A stretch of DNA of 64,000 nt, from positions 124,001 through 188,000 of the forward strand of contig NW_019029013.1 of assembly GCF_002105155.1 (NCBI RefSeq), given 5' to 3'. The position numbers were made by a program, and so were the translations under genes. The DNA is from Lobosporangium transversale. Taxonomy: Eukaryota. Of the stretch, positions 39,369 through 49,246 are shown one piece after another. Each line of letters begins with the position of its first letter. Position 1 is the first letter of the stretch. The notes beneath the pieces are model-generated. The model saw nothing but the letters and a program-made list of their open reading frames with translations. It did not search any database and was not told where the DNA came from.

Positions 39369-41017
39369 ATGGCCATCTGGGGAATGTCATCACTGCCGAA
39401 CAATGAGGATGTAAGAAGCATTTTCAAGATTGCATACAACTAATCCTCATTCTTATCTTGTTACCACCGTAGTAGAATGTTTTGATACAACCTTCGATCA
39501 GATAGACAGCAACAACAATGATAACGACAAAAACAACTACCAAAAAAAAAAAAAAAAAAAAAAAAAAATAACAGAGTATGACAATTAACATACGCCTTAT
39601 TTTTTTATTTTGTTTTACTTTTATTTTTTTTTATATTATATTGTTGGTTGGTGCGTGGATCACATTGTAGGTTATGGACGATACGAATCCCATTAGCTGC
39701 TTCAATCTCAACAGGACTCAACGTCTCTATGGCTTCGGGATCTGGTAAGATATTTATTTACCCATCTCTGAAAGACGGAAAAAAAAAAAATAAAAAATAA
39801 AAAAAACCCCCACAAGTATATATTTCAAGGAACCTTCTTTTCAAGTCAGACAGTGACACAGTTACACAGTAACACAGCCCAGTTCTAGCCTCCATATTCG
39901 ACATGAATGAAAAACGATATTCCTCAGAAGCAACAGGAGCAAGCAGTAACATGTTCATGGAGCTCAGGATTTCAAATTCTTTTCTCAAACTATGTTGGGT
40001 TTAATAATCCCAGGAGACGTATCGACAATTTTAGAATTCCATCAGGACAATTCTTTTTTTTTTTTTTTTTTTCGGTTCTTTACTAACATTGATGACTTTA
40101 TATATGGCATACCTGCTCTTAAAATAGTTTCGTGGCTGGATTCTTAATCTCGATTCTGGTATTGTGATTCGCACCCTTTTTTTTTTTCTTCTCTTTTAAT
40201 CGTTAGATCAACACAACAAATATGGATGGACGCAGACTGAGAAAAATAAAGAGCATGGAATAAAGAAAAAGGAAGGGCTGACAAATATTATCATATCATT
40301 ATTGCTCTCTCTGAATAGTCTACTTTGTCACTCGGTACTGGGCAGCTCGCTTTATTTGCAGTGTTCTTCACTCTTGGCAACATTGTGTCGTTGTTGAGGT
40401 AAAAAAAAAAAAAAAGAGGCTCGAATGGCAATATCAAACAGCATACGATGACTCAAAATTACAATGGCAATGATTTAACAGTTCATTGAGATGCGATCCT
40501 TTATTTTTTTTTAAAAAAAAAAATAAAAAAAAAAAAATTAGCACCACTTTCTTAATTGGACCTTCCAAGCAGTTCAAGACTATGTTTGCCCCAGGTAGGA
40601 AAAAATTAAAGCAAATCTGGAAATTAAGTAACAGCTATTGATATCCAGCTAACGCAATTCTTTTTTTTTTCTTTTTTTTTTTCTTACTGTTCCTTTGACA
40701 ATGTAGTTCGTATGGTTGCTTCCATTGTTTTCCTATCTCTAATCGTAATCACTCTCATTGTCGCATTCACAGTATGTTTAATGATTACCTTGTTATCTTT
40801 ATGATATGAGATTAATTCTACTTTAGTTTATCAGCTATTGACATCTAACATTTTTGGACTTTTTTTAAAAAATCTGTACTTTTAGCTTAAAGCAGCACTC
40901 CTTTGCTTGATTTTGTGCATTGTCCAGTTCTTGGCGCTGTTCTGGTACAGTGCCTCATATATCCCATACGGCCGTGCAGCCATTAGGAAGGTCGCTGGAG
41001 GATGCATTGATGTGTGA
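39369..41017 (+). CDS. Got1/Sft2-family vesicle-transport membrane protein (SFT2D-like), 158 aa, 7 exons
   Basis: Exons 39369-39410, 39671-39744, 40128-40158, 40319-40398, 40542-40594, 40707-40771, 40886-41017 (477 nt). Translation includes LNRTQRLYGFGIC, FAVFFTLGNIVSLLSTTFLIGPSKQFKTMF, QFLALFWYSASYIPYG and four hydrophobic segments. Confidence 0.9.
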
Positions 41018-41057
41018 GCTTTCAGTTCAAAAAATGTGAATAAAAGTATAAATATTT

Positions 41058-41790
41058 GAATTAATCTATTTGACAACCCGGGTTGTCACTCTTATTTGAC
41101 AACCCCCCCCTTAATTATTTTTCTCAATTTTTTTTCTTTGCGTGACAACCCGGGGTTGCCAAATAGTAAAATATCTAATTTGACAACCCCAAGCTCACTA
41201 TTATTTGACAACCCTTTTTTATTGGCAAGATTATTATGTGAAAATCGTTTCTATTGCTATCCCTCAGCAACATGAAATCCCTCCAGCAATCTAAAAGCTT
41301 CCATCAAATAACAAACTTTTTTTTTTTGGTTACGAGGTGTTGTTTTTTTATTACAACTGATTTCTAAAACAAGGGTTTGCTTTTATAGAAAATGTGCCTA
41401 TACGGGTAACATGCACTAAGGGGTTTTTGGATATATAAGCATGCATAAATTCGGAGTGGTTATGCGACGCTTGATGGCGCATGCGTAAGACGCGGAAAGG
41501 AAAAAAAAGAGAGACAGAAGAAGCTATAACCACAGTCATGATAATGGAGTGTTGCCACCATTTTAGAAATCCAGCTGAGAAAGGCCCTCCAAAAGTGCAA
41601 GATGGTGAAGACTTGTCATGTGACAGGTTGAAAAAGACAATTTTTCTTCTTTTCTTGACAACCCGGGTTGTCAAATAACAAAAAAGTGAAAATTGAAGAC
41701 CTGGGTTGCCAAATAAGCCGGTGTGACTGCTAAATTAGGGGGGGGTTGTCAAATAAGAGTGACAACCCGGGTTGTCAAATAGATTCACCC
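41058..41790. mobile_element. Non-autonomous Mutator-like (MULE/MITE) DNA element, 733 bp
   Basis: Perfect 48-bp inverted repeats 41063-41110 and 41738-41785 (AATCTATTTGACAACCCGGGTTGTCACTCTTATTTGACAACCCCCCCC). Outer 5 bp differ (GAATT vs GGGTG on the reverse complement). TAAATATTT at both 41049-41057 and 41791-41799. No transposase ORF. Confidence 0.88.
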
Positions 41791-41898
41791 TAAATATTTA
41801 TTTAAGTTAGACTACGTGACTTGCACGTATACAAGTCCCATTGATAGATATGTACTGTACGTGCACCTGAGATGGTCGTTAATTGGCTTGATCTATTG

Positions 41899-41905
41899 TG
41901 AGTCA
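41899..41905 (+). promoter_or_regulatory. Candidate Gcn4/CpcA-type site TGAGTCA upstream of HIS1
   Basis: Exact 7-mer about 250 bp upstream of the HIS1 ATG; a 7-mer also occurs by chance. Confidence 0.35.
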
Positions 41906-42151
41906 AAGAATAAGAGAAAATGGTGGCGTCAACTGTACGGCATTACGACAGACATATCAGGCACAGTTGTTGATCTATGCGGTCATCGTTTGGGAGCTTT
42001 TACTGGGGCGGAGATTTTCTTTTTTTCACACACACACTCTTTTCACTTCATTTGATTTCTTTATTCATTCATTCATTCCTTGAAATTCCTTACAGATCAC
42101 TTAAATCTTGTTCCCTTACTTTCGTCATTTGTTTTTGTCTTTCAAATTACT

Positions 42152-42932
42152 ATGGAACTCATCAAAGATCTCCCCGACCGTTTGCTCTTTGCAGTCCCCA
42201 AGAAGGGCCGTCTTCATGCTTCATGTCTCTCTTTGCTCGAAGGCGCTGATATTCAGTTCCACCGCAAGAACCGTCTCGACATTGCATTGGTGAAGAACTT
42301 GCCGATCGCATTGGTCTTTTTGCCTGCTGGTGACATTGCCAAGTTTGTGGGTGAAGGAGACGTGGATTTAGGTATCACAGGTCAGGATATGGTGGCAGAA
42401 GCCGGTGCACAGGACAAAGTCACTGAGATTATGGAATTGGGCTTTGGTAAATGTCGATTGTGTGTTCAAGTCCCGATGAAGAATGGAGCAGCCAATGTTC
42501 AGGAACTGGTCGGCAAGAGGATCGCTACTTCATTTGAAGGCATTGCAGGCAACTTCTTCAAGGAGATCGATGCTAAGGTCGCTGATGCTAATGGAACCAA
42601 GGGAACAGCGGAGCAAAAGAAGACAGAGCTGGTCTTTGTCAGCGGAAGTGTCGAAGCTGCCTGTGCTCTTGGACTCGCTGACGGTATTGGTAAGCCATTT
42701 GTCTCTTCCTTGAGATTCCACATAAAAAAAAGTAAAAGGATTATGAGTTTGACCTTGGATAAGCTGAGACTGGAGGGTGATGGCGGCACACAATGTGAAA
42801 ATGATGAATGATGAAATTCAGGAACAAAATATACTGGATGTGGGGAAGAGGAAGGTCGTACAAAGAATTTTTTATACAGCAACATGATTTTCCGATTGTT
42901 TTTTCTTATCAAATCTAATTTGCATACGCCTA

Positions 42933-42970
<38 letters not shown>

Positions 42971-43358
42971 AGTCGATCTTGTCGAGTCTGGAGAAACTAT
43001 GCAGGCTGCGGGACTTCACGACATCGAGACGATTTTGTCCTCACAAGCAGTATTAATCGCCTCCAGAAAACCCAAACACCCTGATCTGGTGCAGACAATT
43101 GCTGGACGGATAAAGGGAGTCATTGCAGCACAAAAGTATGTCTACATCAATTACAATATCGAACGCAAGCACCTCAAGGAGGCTTCTTTGATTACCCCTG
43201 GTCGTCAGGCCCCTACGGTCTCACCTCTCGAGAACCCAGACTGGGTGGCAGTCAGTTCCATGGTCCTCAAGAACAACGTTGCACAGTCTATGGATGATTT
43301 AGAGGCCATTGGCGCCCGTGATATTCTCTTGTTCGCTATCCAGAACTGCCGTGTTTAA
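42152..43358 (+). CDS. HIS1: ATP phosphoribosyltransferase (long form), 307 aa, 2 exons
   Basis: Exons 42152-42689 and 42973-43358 (924 nt). Motifs LLFAVPKKGRL, DLGITGQD, GSVEAACALGLADGI|VDLVESGETM, ITPGRQAPTVSPL. Confidence 0.97.
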
Positions 43359-43871
43359 CATTATACGAATAAATAATAATTTGATATTGATTATTTTGAT
43401 AGTATAAAGCGAGATCGTTTTATATCGCGTCATGTCACACCATGACCTTACTTCTGCGTGGTTTCGCATCTTGTGGCAAAGGAGCTATTTTCATATTATT
43501 TTAGCGAAGTGGGCAGTGATGCAACCAAATATTCGAAAGACTTTACACTAGAGGCAATGGTTGGGCTCTTCCGCACGCGCGCGACTTCCATACTGAACAC
43601 CTTTACAGAATCTTTCCAACTTGAATAGGTTTTTGTAAGAAACAGGGTATAGTTTACTTTACGTTTGTATAAGGATAACAGAGTATAAATGAATATTACA
43701 TGTATCTTATTTTTTATACTACATATTTAAATATATTTTAAATGGTATATTCATGAGCGTATCAGCCTTTGATAGACCAGAAGAGACGGGTCGAATGTCC
43801 AGCATCCCACCCATTATAATGCTGATTATATAATTAGAACGACCGAGCCTTTTTTTGTGTATGCGTGTGTT

Positions 43872-45366
43872 TTAGTCATACTTCAAGGGTGCGATGCCGA
43901 TACGAGCTTCACCTTGGTCAAAGACACAGTAATTGTTCTTAATGAAAACATCACCCAAGATCCAAAGGCCTTCCTGACCACCTTGAATGCCTGAGAAACA
44001 GTTTCCAGACCCATCTCCAACATCCTCAAATGCCAGATCTGCAATTGGTACATTGAATGCAGTTCCACTCATTGTAAACGTGATGTTGTCCTCAGTGTTT
44101 GAGCTCAAGGAGCAGGGAACTGTCCATCCGTTCTTGGGATCTTTCAGTGCACCTTCGATCTTGCTGTGGATGGCATTCGCAGCTTTATCGCTCACGATGA
44201 TCAATGTCGTACCGGTGTCCACAATACCCTCAGAGGACTGTTGGATAGAATCGTCATTGAACCCAGCATCCTCAACCTTGATTTGCCAGTAGCCTTTCTT
44301 GGTGATGGGGACATAGGTCAACTCGCCCAAGAATTTAGACTCATCAATATCACCAAAGAGATACTCACCCCCAACCCCGCCGTTTCGGCGGACTGAGGGC
44401 AAAAAGACGGAGATAACGGGTTTCTCTAATAGGCCAGCTTCAATTGCATTGTCCAAGAAGGTCTTGACGCCAGGTACGGTTTCAATGGTATTGAAACCAA
44501 GGCCAAAGAGACCATCCGAAATCGAGGAAGAGAAATGGGATGACTGTTTTTGAGCAAGACCAATTGTCTGGTAAACAGAAATGCCTCCGACAGTGACGAT
44601 GTCATTGCCCAAGATACCAGAGGCACTAGACTGATCACCATAGGTGATCTTCCAACGACGGCCATCTTCTTGGAACGTCGAAGAGAGAGAAGGATCATAT
44701 TGAGCATGTTGCTTGCAGGCGGCAGATGTGCAGTTCACAGCGGGAAACCAGATATCGGAAGAGCCCTGTTTTTAAAAAGTGAGCATGTGTGTGTATGTAG
44801 GGGTGATAAACAAAATAAAATTTGTGTGTCAGTGTCAGTTCAGAGACAGGGCCCATGCGAGGTCAAAGCGTGCAGCAACATAAAAATTTTCCGAATCAAC
44901 AAAAAGAAAAAACTTACAGTATCAAAATCCTATGAGGGACAAGAGAGAAAAAAAAAGGCCAAATATGATCAGCGCACTGTTTACTGGGGAGAACAACTCA
45001 CTTTCATCCTTACTATTGCATGCATCATCTGTCAGATCTATTAATATTTCTTACCAGCTTGACTTCCTGTGGAGGCGTACCGACGGAGACAACTCCATAA
45101 TACTCCAAATCGTTTTCGACATTAGTCACATCAACACGGCCGGACGAAGCCAAGACCTTCACGACACCTGGGAAGCGACTGTTGAGTTTGGCCAATTGTG
45201 CTGGAACATTGTGCTTGAAACGAGGGTTGCGGGTCAAAGCAACGGAATGACTCTTGTACGACCCCGCTGGCGGACCAAATAGGCTATGCGGCCTTCGATC
45301 AATGGGTGCTGCATTTGTAAGGGACAAGACAGCGACTGCCAATGAAATAATTGAGGCGATCTTCAT
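43872..45366 (-). CDS. Secreted pepsin-family (A1) aspartic protease, rhizopuspepsin-like, 405 aa, 3 exons
   Basis: Exons 45366-45055, 44929-44918, 44765-43872 (1218 nt). Signal peptide MKIASIISLAVAVLSLTNA; catalytic motifs KL|DFDT|GSSDIW and IVDTGTT; flap ITYGD; ILGDVFIK. Confidence 0.95.
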
Positions 45367-46560
45367 GATGGGTTATGGAAATAGAAGGGAGAAAATGAAA
45401 AGAAAAGAAAGCTAGAAAGAATGCAGGTGACAGAGAATGTGAGCAAGCGTCGTTGGATGTGAATGCAAGAAGATGTAGAAAAAAAAATAATAAAGGGTGG
45501 GGTTTTCTCCACTTTTATAGATAATAATGGAATGGACGTTTAGAAAAAAGTAAAAGGATAAAAAGCTCTTGTTTAAGGTTTATTTATTTTCCTGTCTGTT
45601 TCGTACCTGAATAGATGGATGCAGATACATGTGCGCAAGGGACCTCCACTAAGACATTTAAATGTCTTGGAATGATGTCTCTGTCCTCCATGTTTCCTCC
45701 CGCCCCTTTGCTCTTACACATGTTGGTTTTTTAGCCTATGCCTGACACAACTTGTTTGCCTTGCTCTTTTCTTTTTAACTTTGGGGGTGGGTGGGAAGCT
45801 AAAGTCTATTTGACTATGGTAGATCCTTATGTCCCTGTGTAATGGACCGCGTGCATGGCACGGACTCAAGTGGTGGCACAGGCACAAGTAATGAGTGATG
45901 TGTATCCCAATTCCCGTCATCTCACATTTTCCGCAACACTGGAAGATCAAGTGTCTAACAATCTACATTATCCTTCTCCTTTTCCTTTTTATCTTTTTAA
46001 CTTTTTCATGAGCAGGATCTTGATCAATACGAGTCGCAGTTACCCAAAGTTTTCTTTGTTAATCAAATCTTGGTCAATGTGCTTTGTTAAAAATATATTG
46101 TGCAATTAGATTGCCCATCGGCTCAAAAGAACAACAAAGCATCTTTGTATTGTATCATTATATTTTTCATCAATCTATCATCCATAGGTAGAAAGTGTAT
46201 ACATAAAATAGAGCAGCACTTACCTTCGATTGCTCCTTTTTTTGTCTTTATCGAACTATTGCCTCTTGGAATCAGCTCACCAATCCATCCTCTAATGTTG
46301 TCCAGGTGTGTCTTGCTCAGAAAAAGGATATCTTAGGCCTTCTTTTTCCATTTCCTCTCTCGCCATCAACTGTCATCGATATTAACCCTGTCTTTGCATT
46401 ATTCCATTATGACCATACCCTTTCCTTTCATTACTATCTCATCAATCCCGTTTCCATTCATTCATCATTTAAACGCTCTGCCAAGTCTTTGACTCGTCTC
46501 TGGTCATTAACGTGGAGCGAAAGTTGGTGTAAGGATACGTTTATGTTTTGGGTATATTTC

Positions 46561-46591
<31 letters not shown>

Positions 46592-47180
46592 AGTGAGCCC
46601 TACAACGCCCCTTTCTCTCTCTTACCTCTTTAGCGAGGGAACGACAGAAATGGGGGGGAGGGGATGGAAAAAGAGGGCTGTCCAACAGGCCGTCCACCAG
46701 GAGTGCTTGCGGTGGATGCTGAAGTTCTCATGCTGGTCCCTTTGAATGTCATGGGAAGGCAGCCACGGTACGAGCTATTTCTCTATCAATGAAAAAACCC
46801 ACCCACAGTATATTTTATCATTACTATTATAAAAGAGAGAGAAGCTGCAGAAGCATCGCGAGTCAAGCGCATTTTGCTATTCAAAACAGTGGAGAAAGGT
46901 TACACACAGAGACCAGGGGCGCAAGAGGAAGATTTTAATGCAGGAGAAATAGGAACCGATGCTGTTACAAGTCTATCTGTTATTGAAAATTTCCGAAAAA
47001 ATATATAAAGAAATATGTTATCGAAGGCCATTTATTCATTTTGTTAGATTTTATTACTGTTATTATTATTATCGCTATTTCTGCGTCCAAAGTATCATTT
47101 TATATGTAACTCGAGAGAGTTAAGGCGAATATCTTTTTTTTTTTTTTTTTTTTTTTTTTTGGTATTTCCAATCATTTGGC

Positions 47181-48496
47181 TCATTTGATTCTCTCCCAGG
47201 GAAATCCACTTGGCTCAAACTCTGGGCGATCATGCAGTAGTGATACCAACCACTCTGTACACTCGACCAGACGAGGGCCACTACGGTTGAACATTTGATT
47301 TCCATCGACCAACGCGACCGTCGTTGCTTTATCGTGCAAGGTTCTGAACCAATCTTTAGTCATCAGCAGATCATACTCCTTACGTGTTGCTGTCAAATCC
47401 AATCCACAAGGACAAATAATAATGACTTCAGGATCTGTGGCAATCACGTCAGACTCAGGAACGCGCTTTCTAAAGAAAGAAGGAAAGAAAAAACAATGAC
47501 AAATGTTAGCAAGTACAAATGTTACAAAAGATAATATTGTTAATGGATGAACTTACGAGTGCGAACCAGGTGGATTGATAGGATGAACACCCCCAGCCAT
47601 TTCGATCATTTCAGGTGTCCAATGACCCGCAGGATATATAGGATCGGTCCATTCAAAAAACATGACTCTTTTAGATTTGTACTCTGGATTGTCCTTCTTG
47701 GCCTGAGCTCCTATATCGATACATCGTTGGATCCTTCGTTCTAATTCTGCACGGGCTTTAGCAGCGCCTTCGGCATGGCCAATTGCATTTCCCACAGTAG
47801 TGACACTTTCCATGACCTCGGCGACTGAGGTAGGATTTAAGGTCACGATTTCGGGGCGAGGGTTCATATTACTAGCCACACGTTGCACACTCACAAGGTC
47901 AATTGAACAAACGGTGCAGAGGTCCTGATATAATGGAAAGAGAGATACATTTGAAACTAGAAAAACAAATATCTTCATGGCAATGGTCTTTTTTTTTTTT
48001 TTTTTTTTTTTTTTTGCGGGCGCTTACCTGTGTGACAATGATGGTAGGCTGGAGGGCCTTTAATTGATCGACATCTAGATGATAAAGACTATTGCCCTGA
48101 GAGAGAGCCTCTGAGACTTGACGATCGACGTCAGCAGAGCTCGTGAAGTTTGTTTTGGCACGCGTCAACATTGGCAGATGCTGGATCGTGGAAGGAAAGT
48201 CATCTGGTATCAGGGCGAAAAAAATCAGCGAAAAATAATGAAGTTTCCTTTAACAGGAGCTAGATGAGCAAAGTGTAATACCTTCATGACTCCTGGCTAC
48301 CATCTCGGATTCGCCACCGACTAAACAAATCTATAATGTGTATCAAAAGATAAAAAAAATGAACTAGCATGTTTTTGTCGAAGGCCTACATGATACATTC
48401 AGTAAGCCAATAAATGTAGCCACAGAGACAGGTACATATTTCCCCCTGACATACAATTTCTGCTGCGGAAGGCAAGAGACTAACGATGCGAGCCAT
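47181..48496 (-). CDS. BtuF/TroA-like (cobalamin or iron-siderophore) substrate-binding-fold protein of bacterial type, 307 aa, 5 exons
   Basis: Exons 48496-48455, 48330-48282, 48203-48028, 47924-47557, 47469-47181 (924 nt). MARIVSLLPSAAEI, RSHEDDFP, LQPTIIVTQDLCTVCS, EWTDPIYPAGHWTPEMIEMAGG, DPEVIIICPCG, VDGNQMFNRSGPRLVE. Confidence 0.85.
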
Positions 48497-48680
48497 CCTG
48501 TTTCTTTGCCAAATTGCTTTAATGACAAGGTGGATGTGCTTTATTTTTACAATCCAAGTCCTTCTTGCTCCAGGTGCATGGAATCAATTCTCTCAGCCAC
48601 ACATGACTTTAATAAGCTTTGTGGACGTCCCAGTTTCCTGCTTCAAGTTTTTTTTTTTTTTCTCACAATTACTAAACGTA

Positions 48681-49005
48681 ATGGAAGATGACCGAGGTAT
48701 AGACATTACAATAAAGACACAGGAACAATGGAGCTATGAGTTTACAAGGATGCTGCATGAAGAGTGCTAACAGGGCAGCAAATAAATAAAAAAACCTGTT
48801 TTGCATTGACAAAATCATGCTGCATTGTCTTTTTAGACGAACCACAAAGAGATACTTGAGAACTTTCACGTGGAAGAACTCACGTTAGAGGAAGCGGACG
48901 AAACCATTGTCAATAGTCTTGAGAGAATTGAGCGAAGTATGGAATCTCCTCTGGAAGAAGAAAAAGAGAAAAGTTCCTGATAGAAGAAAAGCATAATGTG
49001 TTTTA

Positions 49006-49040
<35 letters not shown>

Positions 49041-49214
49041 ATATGATTCTGTTCTGGAATAATATATCTTTTTTCTTTTTTAGATGGTGGTGTACGAGGC
49101 GGAAAACCCACAGTACTTCGAACATTGAATACACTCAGTTCTATTGCCCATAGTTTTGGATTATCGCCAGAACAACTTTCACAGCTGCTAGACATCATCC
49201 TGATTGGCAAAATC

Positions 49215-49246
<32 letters not shown>

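Noticed and set aside
41063..41785. Palindromic repeats resembling a CRISPR array
   Set aside because: Irregular spacing, mirror arrangement, TSD, eukaryotic context and no cas genes; explained as transposon TIRs.
41861..41900. GTGC...CTGAGA...CTTGATC resembling a TPP riboswitch
   Set aside because: Lacks the ATACC and GATAAT/AGCG elements, and no thiamine gene is adjacent.
42801..42895. ATGATGA (C-box-like) in the HIS1 intron suggesting a snoRNA
   Set aside because: No matching CTGA D box with terminal stem, and no recognisable guide sequence.
48497..48680. Cobalamin riboswitch upstream of the BtuF-like gene
   Set aside because: No GGGAA/GCCACTG B12-box elements seen on the minus strand.
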